DNA from: Amoebidium appalachense
Lineage: Eukaryota > Protista > Ichthyosporea
Length of the DNA stretch: 64,000 nucleotides
Reading direction: 5' to 3'
Assembly (NCBI GenBank): GCA_963693365.1
Contig: CAVNZM010000011.1
Location: 5,101,421 to 5,165,420 of the forward strand
Part shown: positions 21,094 through 31,440 of the stretch, one piece after another
Layout: each line of letters begins with the position of its first letter
Position numbering within the stretch: position 1 is the stretch's first letter
Notes under the pieces: generated by a model
What the model was told of the DNA's origin: nothing
The model's database searches: none
The model's input: only the letters and a program-made list of their open reading frames with translations
Position numbers and translations under genes: made by a program

Positions 21094-21437
21094 TTGGGAT
21101 ATTCGGGTTGGTTGTAAGGTTTTCCGGGTCGGGCCGAAGGCCCTAACGGGCCGCAGGCCCGCCTATTGGGCCATAGGCCCTAGGCCGCCAGGCCCGGGGC
21201 GCCGGGACCGGGGCCCCGACCCGGCCCGCGAGCCACCCCCGGCCCGGCCCGGCCAGCCGCTGCTAACCCCCCCGCGGGCCGGGCCGGGCCGGGGGTGGCT
21301 CGCGGGCCGGGTCGGGGCCCCGGTCCCGGCGCCCCGGGCCTGGCGGCCTAGGGCCTATGGCCCAATAGGCGGGCCTGCGGCCCGTTAGGGCCTTCGGCCC
21401 GACCCGGAAAACCTTACAACCAACCCGAATATCCCAA
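21094..21437. repeat. GC-rich palindrome, ~161-bp arms with a 22-nt loop
   Basis: 21094-21254 is the reverse complement of 21277-21437 (TTGGGATATTCGGGTTG...CAACCCGAATATCCCAA). The arms contain nested GGCC/CCGG/GGGGCCCC palindromes. Confidence 0.97.
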
Positions 21438-21552
21438 TATTGCTTCATTCTGATTGGTTGTCACACCACGGGGTTTCCCGATTGTTCTTCGAATGACATT
21501 TGCTATCACCATCAGACAGTTCTCCAATATTAGAACAGAAAACGGTCTCTAC

Positions 21553-21652
21553 CCAGATGGCCAGATGGCCAGGTCAAATTCAGTGTGTGGAAAAAGGTGG
21601 ATAAAACGGGATAAAACGGTGAGCAAAATGATCTGGCCATCTGGCCATGTGG
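21553..21652. repeat. Second inverted repeat (22/24 match) enclosing GGATAAAACGG x2
   Basis: CCAGATGGCCAGATGGCCAGGTCA (21553-21576) versus TGATCTGGCCATCTGGCCATGTGG (21629-21652). Confidence 0.85.
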
Positions 21653-22130
21653 CCATGGAATCTCTATATCTAAAAATAGCTGCCACTGCGCCGGGGCGTG
21701 GTTCCGGGAGGCAGGGGAGGCAGGGGGGGCACACGTGCAGGGGAGGCAGGGGGGACACACGTGCAGGGGAGGCAGGGGGGACACTCACTGCCACCACTGG
21801 GGGCCGTGGTTCCGGCAGCAGGGGGGGCAGGGGGGCAGGGGAGGCACACGTGCACAGGAGGCTGGGGAGAGTGGGGGAACCATGGTTGTGTGATACTCTA
21901 TCCCCCATGTATGGCTGAGTTAAGACCATTTGTTCATGTAGCACGATCTTCTAGCATGCACGTGTTGGAATGCCACCACTGGGGGGCCTGGTTCCGGCAG
22001 GCAGGGGGGCAGGGGGGCAGGGGGGCAGGGGGGACTGGGGGGCAGGGGGGCAGGGGGGCTGGGGGGACTGGCATGCCACTCACGGGGAGGATAGTGTATG
22101 TTGGCACGTGGGGGTGTGTGGGTGGTTTTT

Positions 22131-22613
22131 TTATTTGGGCTTGTGCTTATGGCAATGGGTCGTAGATTTCACCCTGTTTTTGCAGGGATTGCCAGCCTTG
22201 GTTTTGCCCTGGCAGTACCCATTTTCCCTGCCCACACCCACCGCTGCAGCTGCAACCGGTGGCTGTGGTGCACCCATGGGTGGATCCGGAGTGGACACAG
22301 TCAGCGCGGGTACCCCGGTGCGCTCGGTGCGAGGGCGCTGCATTTCTGCGACTGTAAAGGCGGCCAGGAGGTCGTCCAGCAGGAGGTTTGCATGAGCATA
22401 GTCCCCGGCCTTGTGGGGGTGGAGGATGTTGATGGTGTTGTCGCTGTAGAGGAGGACACCGGTGGCAGGGGCAAAGCATACCCAGGGCTTGAAGCCGTCC
22501 TTGTGGTGTGGGCATGTTTTCTTTTTGTTTTTGCACTGGGCTTTTTTTGAGGGTGCAAATGCAGGGCATCGTTCGGGGTCAACCGAATCGGGGCGCAAAA
22601 GTGCGTCTCCCAT
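22131..22613 (-). CDS. Small protein with two C-C-C-H zinc-finger-like motifs of a type common in large DNA viruses (DUF5763-like)
   Basis: RCPAFAPSKKAQCKNKKKTCPHH and YCQGKTKAGNPCKNRVKSTTHCHKH; intronless; ATG at 22613. Confidence 0.65.
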   Translation of the reverse strand: MGDALLRPDSVDPERCPAFAPSKKAQCKNKKKTCPHHKDGFKPWVCFAPATGVLLYSDNTINILHPHKAGDYAHANLLLDDLLAAFTVAEMQRPRTERTGVPALTVSTPDPPMGAPQPPVAAAAVGVGRENGYCQGKTKAGNPCKNRVKSTTHCHKHKPK

Positions 22614-22917
22614 TTCTAGTGTTTTGTTTTGGTGTGCACTGTTCTTGGATTGGGGTGAAGCGAGACAAAAAGTAAAAGCGAGTACTTTTTGTTGACTGGT
22701 TGATGGCATATCAATCAATCTCTTGGTGCCAAACCACTGACCAATCACATGGGTGTATTCACGAATTCCAATCTAAATTCGGCATCTGGAGAGAGGGGTA
22801 CTGGTAAAACACAAGAGCAACACGGCATCAAGAGTTTGTACCACAGGCAAGATCTCAGAGAGGTCACTTTTGGGGTGTAACACGTCGGATACTGAAAGTT
22901 TTGTGAGGTACACGTAC

Positions 22918-23190
22918 ATGTTCGACAGCACGGTCACCACAGGCATTCTTTATGTGATATCTATATGCAGTGTCGTTGCAAATATACACTGGTACAATTT
23001 AATGAAGTCCGAACCGAATGCTAGAGAGAAAGTGAACAAAATGTATCTGGTGTACGTCAGCGCTGCTATTGTCCTCACATGTTTATTGGTTACACCATTG
23101 GTGTATGCAGTCATATACTATTTCAATAAGAAGACGGGTGCTGCGGAGTACGACACCACTCTGAGACAAACAAGTCACTCGGACTTTTAA
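22918..23190 (+). CDS. Small two-transmembrane hypothetical protein
   Basis: 90-aa ORF with two hydrophobic stretches (GILYVISICSVVANI; YLVYVSAAIVLTCLLVTPLVYAVIYYF). Confidence 0.55.
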   Translation: MFDSTVTTGILYVISICSVVANIHWYNLMKSEPNAREKVNKMYLVYVSAAIVLTCLLVTPLVYAVIYYFNKKTGAAEYDTTLRQTSHSDF

Positions 23191-23204
23191 TTCAATTAAC
23201 ACAC

Positions 23205-23465
23205 CGCGCTACAAAAGTGGAGTACACGACAATCACAGCGCCAGCGCTGATACAAAAGTGGAGTACACGACAATCACAGCGCCAGCGCTGATACAAAAGT
23301 GGAGTACACGCCAGCGCTGATACAAAAGTGGAGTACCGCCAGCGCTGATACAAAAGTGGAGTACACGACAATCACAGCGCCAGCGCTGATACAAAAGTGG
23401 AGTACACGACAATCACAGCGCCAGCGCTGATACAAAAGTGGAGTACACGCCAGCGCTGATACAAA
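23205..23465. repeat. Minisatellite with variable ~27-40-bp units
   Basis: About 7 copies of GCCAGCGCTGATACAAAAGTGGAGTAC with or without ACGACAATCACAGC. Confidence 0.95.
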
Positions 23466-23619
23466 AAGCAATAAACATGGTACTCCACACCACACGTGCA
23501 CCGACCCGAAAACACGAAAATAAACACACAACGACAGCGCTGCACGGCCGATACAGTTACTTTGCATACCATTGGCCCGGGCTGGGATGAACGAGTAACA
23601 CTGCTAGTGCATGCAGGGA

Positions 23620-24935
23620 ATACAGAGCAGGAAGAGAGAAATGGTGCTAGTGCATGTGGGTGGTGGGGGACTCTTTGAATGCATGCATGGCATGGGGATT
23701 GAAGGACTTAGACGTGCATGCATGAAGGGGGGAGGGGAGGGGGGGGGGGGTGGGGGGGGGGATATAGAGCAGGAAGAGAGAAATGGTGCTAGTGCATGTG
23801 GGTGGTGGGGGACTCTTTGAATGCATGCATGGCATGGGGATTGAAGGACTTAGACGTGCATGCATGAAGGGGGGAGGGGAGGGGGGGGGGGATATAGAGC
23901 AGGAAGAGAGAAATGGTGCTAGTGCATGTGGGTGGTGGGGGACTCTTTGAATGCATGCATGGCATGGGGATTGAAGGACTTAGACGTGCATGCATGAAGG
24001 GGGGAGGGGAGGGGGGGGGGGGATATAGAGCAGGAAGAGAGAAATGGTGCTAGTGCATGTGGGTGGTGGGGGACTCTTTGAATGTGTGCATGGCATGGGG
24101 ATTGAAGGACTTAGACGTGCATGCATGAAGGGGGGAGGGGAGGAGGGGGGTGGGGGGGGGGATATAGAGCAGGAAGAGAGAAATGGTGCTAGTGCATGTG
24201 GGTGGTGGGGGACTCTTTGAGTGTGTGCATGGCATGGGGATTGAAGGACTTAGACGTGCATGCATGAAGGGGGAAGGGGAGGGGGGGGGGGTGGGGGGGG
24301 GGGGATATAGAGCAGGAAGAGAGAAATGGTGCTAGTGCATGTGGGTGGTGGGGGACTCTTTGAGTGTGTGCATGGCATGGGGATTGAAGGACTTAGACGT
24401 GCATGCATGAAGGGGGAAGGGGAGGGGGGGGTGGGGGGGGGGGGGGATATAGAGCAGGAAGAGCGAAATGGTGCTAGTGCATGTGGGTGGTGGGGGACTC
24501 TTTGAGTGTGTGCATGGCATGGGGATTGAAGGACTTAGACGTGCATGCATGAAGGGGGGGGAGGGGAGGGGGGGGGGGGGGGGGGGGGGGATATAGAGCA
24601 GGAAGAGAGAAATGGTGCTAGTGCATGTGGGTGGTGGGGGACTCTTTGAGTGTGTGCATGGCATGGGATTGAAGGACTTAGACGTGCATGCATGAAGGGG
24701 GAAGGGGGAGGGGGGGGGGGGGTGGGGGGGGGATATAGAGCAGGAAGAGAGAAATGGTGCTAGTGCATGTGGGTGGTGGGGGACTCTTTGAGTGTGTGCA
24801 TGGCATGGGGATTGAAGGACTTAGACGTGCATGCATGAAGGGGGGAGGGGGGATACAGAGCAGGAAGAGAGAAATAGTGCTAGTGCATGTGGGTGGTGGG
24901 ACTCTTTGAGTGTGTGAAGGACTTAGACGTGCATC
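23620..24935. repeat. Tandem repeat, ~130-142-bp unit, ~10 copies, variable G-tract
   Basis: AGAGCAGGAAGAGAGAAATGGTGCTAGTGCATGTGGGTGGTGGGGGACTCTTTGA...GAAGGACTTAGACGTGCATGCATGAAGGG repeated. Confidence 0.97.
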
Positions 24936-25066
24936 ACGTCTGTGTATACAAGCATGTGGGGTAAGCACAGATTCAGATAACACTGGATTTCTTTTTATAA
25001 AATCCATCTCCAACCGATTGTAAAAAGAAATCCCAAAACTTCTACCTATACATTATACAGAAACCG

Positions 25067-25253
25067 TAGGCTCTGCCATGTAACATAGTCGAAGCCCCCC
25101 CCCCCCCCAAAAAAAAACAAAAAAAAACAAAAACAAAAACCAAAAAAAAAAAACAATGCTTTCAAGTCTATATTTTTCCAGATTTCACACGGCATCACTC
25201 CCACGTCCTAGGCTCTGCCATGTAACATAGTCGAAGCCCCCCCCCCCCCCCCC

Positions 25254-25287
<34 letters not shown>

Positions 25288-25382
25288 AATGCTTTCCGTG
25301 TTTCATAGCCAAGTCTATATTTTTCCACATTTCACACGGCATCACTCCAACGTCTTAGGCTCTGCCATGTAACATAGTCGAA

Positions 25383-25410
<28 letters not shown>
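25067..25410. repeat. Tandem repeat, ~145-bp unit, 3 copies with poly-C/poly-A
   Basis: TAGGCTCTGCCATGTAACATAGTCGAAGCCCC at 25067, 25209 and 25356. Confidence 0.92.
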
Positions 25411-25413
<3 letters not shown>

Positions 25414-25465
25414 CAAAAAAAAAACAAAAAAAAAAACAAAACAAAAAAAACACACACAAAGTCTT

Positions 25466-26977
25466 TCAGACCGAATGGTCATCGTCACTGGAAGTCACAG
25501 GCCTCCGTGTGCGGAGCACCGTTTTCTTGCCCGATGGTCTTTCTTTCTTGCCCTGCCCTGCACGACTGCTTTCTTTCCGCTTCTTCTCATCCTCCTCTCT
25601 GGCTGCTTCGTCGAGAATCTTATCTATTGATTCCTTGGGCCTTTCTCTCTCTCCGCCCCGGAACCGTTTGGGCACATTCCCACCTGAATCCGCCCCCCTC
25701 TTCAGCCCGAGCCCGGTTTTTGTGTGGGGACTGGACATCATGGGGTCTGTGCGAGCGGGGGCACTCTGAATAGGACGTTGGTGGGGGCGGGCAACGGATG
25801 AACGACCGGATTGGGTAGCGCTAGAGGGGGGGGGGGGGGAGTATCTCCTCGACGTCGGATGTTTGTGTGTGGGGATTGGACATCATGGGGTCTATGTGAG
25901 CGGGGGCACTCTGAATAGGACGTTGGTGGGGGCGGGCAACGGATGAACGACCGGATTGGGTAGCGCTAGAGGGGGGGGGGGGGGAGTATCTCCACGTCGG
26001 ATGTATGGGGGGAGCGTTTCAGGCCCAAAAGCAGTTTTTGTGTGCTCTCCTTGACTGTCTTTCGATAGGTTTTCTGCAGGTCTGCCATCTCTGACTCGAC
26101 TTTTGCATTTTCCTCCTTCTGCCAGGCCACCTCATCCTGCAAGGATAACTTTTCGGCCGTCTCACTAATGAGCCGAGCTTCGAGTTCCTGAACCCTCTCA
26201 GCCAACAGGTTGTTCGTTGCAGAAGCAGTATATTTATCTTTGACTGCTGCTTCTTTGACCTCTCTAATCGTTTCTGTCAACCGTTTGTTTTCATCTTTCA
26301 CCGTTTGCAACGCTTTCTCCGCATTTTCATATTTCTCTTTGTATTCGAGTAAGGTGGTGGTGGCGGCGGTGGTGGGTGTAGCAGGCACAGATGTCACGCC
26401 AAGTGAGGCTAAAGCCTGACTAAGTTGCAATGTCATTTCTGCCTGTAGTGCTTCCATAAGTCTATGGTCGATGGGAGCCGAAGAAACGTCCTTGTCGGTG
26501 GGGTCGGCGGGGGTGCCCTTTTTGTCGGTGGGGTCGGCGGGGTCGGCGGGGGTGCCCTTTTTGTCGGTGGGGTCGGCGGGGTCGGCGGGGGTGCCCTTTT
26601 TGTCGGTGGGGTCGGCGGGGTCGGCGGGGGTGCCCTTTTTGTCGGTGGGGTCGGCGGGGTCGGCGGGGGTGCCCTTTTTGTCGGTGGGGTCGGTGGGGTC
26701 GGCGGGGGTGCCCTTTTTGTCGGTGGGGTCGGCGGGGTCGGCGGGGGTGCCCTTTTTGTCGGTGGGGTCAGCGGGGTCGGCGGGGGGTGCCCTTTTTGTC
26801 GGTGGGGTCGGCGGGGTCGGCGGGGGTGCCCTTTTTGTCGGTGGGGTCGGTGGGGTCGGTGGGGGTGCCCTTTTTGGGGTCGGTGGGGTCGGCGGGGTTT
26901 GTGGGGGTGCCCTTTTTGGGGTCGGTGGGGTCGGCGGGGTTTGTGCTTTGCCCGACCATTTGCGAGGCGCTATCCAT
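25466..26977 (-). CDS. Repeat-rich coiled-coil hypothetical protein (~500 aa if homopolymer frameshifts are corrected)
   Basis: ORFs 26768-26977, 25966-26457 and 25466-25741 join through G-run frameshifts. It has a 39-nt coding repeat (TPADPADPTDKKG x~11), an E/K/L-rich coiled coil, a ~145-nt internal duplication and a basic C-terminus. Confidence 0.6.
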
Positions 26978-27380
26978 GGTTCACAAATTCAAAAGAGGGG
27001 AATGTGAAATAGAAAAGACTACCTAGAAAAACGTGGAGGTCAGAGTCAGACACTTCTTCCCAAAAAAAAAAAGATACGAACAAAAAAAAGTCGTCACTGA
27101 AATAGAGATACGAACAAAAAAAGTCGTCACTGAATTATTTACAAAAAGCAAAGCAAACGAAAATTCTATCGCGTGCAAACACACCGTGAACTGAAAAAAA
27201 CCTCTTACACAAAGCCAAAATAAAGCAAAATTCATTCATGTGCAAACGCGGCTGTGAACTGATCAAAAAGGCCATCACCGATGATTTTTAGAAGCAAAAT
27301 GTTCTTATAAGGGGATCCATTGAGGACTGAGGACCGAGGACCAAGCTTTGCCAAGCCTTGTAGTGCATGAGATGTAAAAT

Positions 27381-27652
27381 ATTGTATCCACTTTGGGTAT
27401 GAAGCGCTGGCGCTGGGTTTGTCGTATACTCCACTTCGGGGCTTTTGTATGCAGCGCTTATTTCCCCTCTTTTTGCACACACAGCTTTGCACACACAGCA
27501 ACTGTCTTTTTATTGTATCCACTTTGGGTATGAAGCTTGGGCGCTGGGTTTGTCGTATACTCCACTTCGGGGCTTTTGTATGCAGCGCTTATTTCCCCTC
27601 TTTTTGCACACACAGCTCACACACACACGCACACACACACGCACACACACAC

Positions 27653-27704
<52 letters not shown>

Positions 27705-28030
27705 ATATCCAATAGCATCTCATTCGCGGACTTCTTGGTGCTCTGATTGTTGGATCCACGTCAGTGATCGGGCACTGGCACTCCAGGCAGCGAATTTCAT
27801 AATCTGATTGTCCAATGGTCATCTCATTCGCGGACTTCTTTGTGCTCTGATTGGTGTATAACAGTTGGATCCACGTCAGTGATAGGGCACTGGCACTCCA
27901 GGCAGCGAATTTCATAATCTGATTGGCCATCTCATTCGCGGACTTCTCCGTGCTCTGATTGGTGTATAACAGTTGGATCCACGTGATAGGGCACTGGCAC
28001 TCCAGGCAGCGCATGTCATAATCTGATTGG
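27381..28030. repeat. Two tandem duplications (131-bp x2; ~105-bp x3)
   Basis: ATTGTATCCACTTTGGGTATGAAGC at 27381 and 27512; CATCTCATTCGCGGACTTCT near 27716, 27820 and 27928. Confidence 0.9.
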
Positions 28031-28660
28031 CCAAGTGCCCCATCGGCTCTTCAGATGCCGGATTCACAAAACGCTTTCCACACATAATTTTTGTATTAAG
28101 AAAGTGTATAATCAATTTATTTTGGTGCTTTTGGTATTTATTGGTACATATTAGCGATATATATTGCTTCGCGGAAGGGTCCTGGGGAGCAAGGGCGGTA
28201 ATACTATAATTAGCAGCCGAGTTGATAAGCCAGTTATCACGGGCGCGAATATTCCCAAATGCACGCGAATCATTCAGTGATTGTTGGATAGGGGCTATCG
28301 GGCACTGGTACTAAGGGCAAACGCGTGTCGGCCATGGCATGATCTGATTAGCCAATTTGATACGATGTTGCAAATCCTAAAGGCTTTTCGTAGACTGGTT
28401 TCAGAAAACGCTTTCCACACAAATTTCTAAGCAAATATTTGCATAATAAATATAAATTAATCATTTTGGGTATATTATTTTTATTGCTAAGTTATAACAC
28501 TTAATTAGCCACAAATTTGGCTACGCAGAGGGGCAGCCGGGTCGGTGAAACGATCTTACTGATTGGCCAGTTATCACGTACGCGCGCCGAGTATTGCCCA
28601 ATACACATTCCATTTTGCAATTGGGCAAACAGGACAAACTATTGATTGGTCAGCTATCAT
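27840..28660. promoter_or_regulatory. Cluster of inverted CCAAT boxes between divergent genes
   Basis: (C/T)TGATTGG near 27848, 27919, 27956, 28024, 28559 and 28642. Regulatory function is inferred. Confidence 0.45.
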
Positions 28661-28922
28661 TTCAATGACATGATTGAAGCGCGCCACTTCAGTTCGTGTC
28701 ACTTGCACCCCGGCGCTGAAACTGTTTACGTTGCAAGCAGGCCAGAGTCAAAACAAAGAACGAGAACACAGACCTGTTAGTCTGTGCACGTCGCGCTTTT
28801 AGCTGCCTTTTCTTCTTTGAATACAGACACGTAGAATTTCCTTCACGTTTTTCCCGACACATTTTAAACACACACATTGTAGACTAGACGCGAGCGCAGC
28901 AGTGGCACAAGCACACAGGCAA

Positions 28923-28979
<57 letters not shown>

Positions 28980-29072
28980 CGAGCGCGAGCGCAGCAGTGG
29001 CACAAGCACATAGCAAGCGCGCTCGCAGACGAGAAAAAGCTCACAATCAAACACAAAATACACACAAACAAC

Positions 29073-30433
29073 ATGGCTGCTACCAACGAACAGTTTCTGG
29101 CGCTCATCAATGATGCGTTCCAGAGTAGCATACAAGCAAACCCACCAACATTCATATTCTCGAAACATACTGATCCTACAATCATTTTTACGGGTGAAGA
29201 GCTATTCACACGACAGGGTTTTAATCGTTATCAAAGAAAGAAGACGGCACCAATATTACACGTTGTGAAACCCAACGATTCAGATCATGTTTCGGTCTTC
29301 TTGTTTGAACTCAACGACGGGCGTCTGTATCACAGGAACAAATATCAGTTGCAACAACTCGAAAACAACAAGGGTATCAATACGACTATTGCTTGGATTC
29401 TGAAATGGGGTGGCCCTCAATGGAGAGTTTACGATCTTGGCAGCTATCATGGAAACTCGGATGGTTTGGCGGCGATGCTCAGTCGACTTTCCACTTTCAG
29501 TGGCAGCCACGACTTAAGTCACATACCTGAAGTATCGGGTTCTTTGCCGGGGGAGAAACAAATTTTTTGGATATTCAAAAGGCTCGGATGGGAAGTGTGG
29601 TGGGATGGGGCTGCACGCAGCCCTCCAGACAGACCTGCTGTCAAACTGCCGGCCCCGACGATTAACCACCCGAAAAGCGGGCAAAAGTGGAGGTCCACAA
29701 GAGTGATGATGAAGGAGAGGGGGAAGAGGGGGTTGGAGAGGGAGAAGGGGGAGAGTGGAGAGGAGAGGGAGAAGGGGAAGAGGGGGTTGGAGAGGGAGAA
29801 GGGGGAGAGTGGAGAGGAGAGGGAGAAGGGGGGGGGGGGGGGAGAGGGAGAAGGGGGAGAGTGGAGAGGAGAGGGAGAAGGGGGAGAGGGGGGGAGAGGG
29901 AGAGGGGGAGAGGGGGGGAGAGGGAGAAGGGGAAGAGGGGGTTGGAGAGGGAGAAGGGGGAGAGTGGAGAGGAGAGGGAGAAGGGGGAGAGAGGGGGTTG
30001 GAGAGGGAGAAGGGGGAGAGTGGAGAGGAGAGGGAGAGGGGGGGGAGGGGGAGAGGGGGGGAGAGGGAGAAGGGGAGAGGGAGAGGGAGAGGGAGAAGGG
30101 GGAGAGTGGAGAGGAGAGGGAGAAGGGGAAGAGGGGGTTGGAGAGGGAGAAGGGGGAGAGTGGAGAGGAGAGGGAGAAGGGGGAGAGTGGGATTTCCAGC
30201 CAGGTAACCCCCCCCCCCCCCACACACACACACAACCAACCACCCAATTACCCAACCACCTACACCACCATCACCCACACATTGAAGCCATCACACACCT
30301 GCACGCATGCATGCACCTCGGCTTATCCCCCCCCCCCCCCCACACACACACACCACGGGAAGGCACCTGCACGCATGCATGCACCTAGGCCTATCCCACC
30401 CCCCCATCCCCCCCCCCCCCCCCCCGGCTCCCC

Positions 30434-30476
<43 letters not shown>

Positions 30477-30548
30477 ACGGGAAGGCACCTGCACGCATGC
30501 ATGCACCTAGGCCTATCCCCACCCCCCATCCCCCCCCCCCCCCCCCCC

Positions 30549-30589
<41 letters not shown>

Positions 30590-30666
30590 ACGGGAAGGCA
30601 CCTGCACGCATGCATGCACCTAGGCCTATCCCACCCCCCCATCCCCCCCCCCCCCCCGGCTCCCCC

Positions 30667-30706
<40 letters not shown>

Positions 30707-30944
30707 ACGGGAAGGCACCTGCACGCATGCATGACACACACACACACACACACACACCACGGGAAGGCACCTGCACGCATGCATGCCTTATCCCCCCCCC
30801 CCCCCACACACACACACACACACACACACCACGGGAGGCACCTGCACGCATGCATGACACACACACACACACACACACACCACGGAAAGGCACCTGCACG
30901 CATGTATGCACTCGGCTAAACCCCCCCCCCCCCCCCTGGCTCCC

Positions 30945-30978
<34 letters not shown>

Positions 30979-31056
30979 ACGGGAAGGCACCTGCACGCAT
31001 GCATGACACACACACACACACACACACACCACGGGAAGGCACCTGCACGCATGCAT

Positions 31057-31088
<32 letters not shown>

Positions 31089-31114
31089 ACGGGAAGGCAC
31101 CTGCACGCATGCAT

Positions 31115-31146
<32 letters not shown>

Positions 31147-31172
31147 ACGGGAAGGCACCTGCACGCATGCAT

Positions 31173-31204
<32 letters not shown>

Positions 31205-31230
31205 ACGGGAAGGCACCTGCACGCATGCAT

Positions 31231-31262
<32 letters not shown>

Positions 31263-31288
31263 ACGGGAAGGCACCTGCACGCATGCAT

Positions 31289-31320
<32 letters not shown>

Positions 31321-31407
31321 ACGGGAAGGCACCTGCACGCATGCATGACACACACACACACACACACACACCACGGGAAGGCACCTGCACGCATGTATGC
31401 ACTCGGC

Positions 31408-31440
<33 letters not shown>

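Noticed and set aside
21005-21448. Two ORFs with identical peptide on opposite strands
   Set aside because: A direct consequence of the palindrome; no coding evidence.
23205-24935. Possible CRISPR-like arrays
   Set aside because: No unique spacers; units differ only by internal deletions or G-run length, and no cas genes are present.
26464-27012. Plus-strand Gly/Val-rich ORFs
   Set aside because: Antisense reading of the 39-nt coding repeat of the minus-strand gene.
28902-30623. 573-aa ORF taken as one protein
   Set aside because: It starts in a (CA)n tract and runs into an intron; an ATG at 29073 and a donor at 30204 fit better.
30350-31400. Constant ~31-bp repeat with variable spacer, CRISPR-like at first sight
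   Set aside because: The spacers are just (CA)n or poly-C, and the array lies in an intron.
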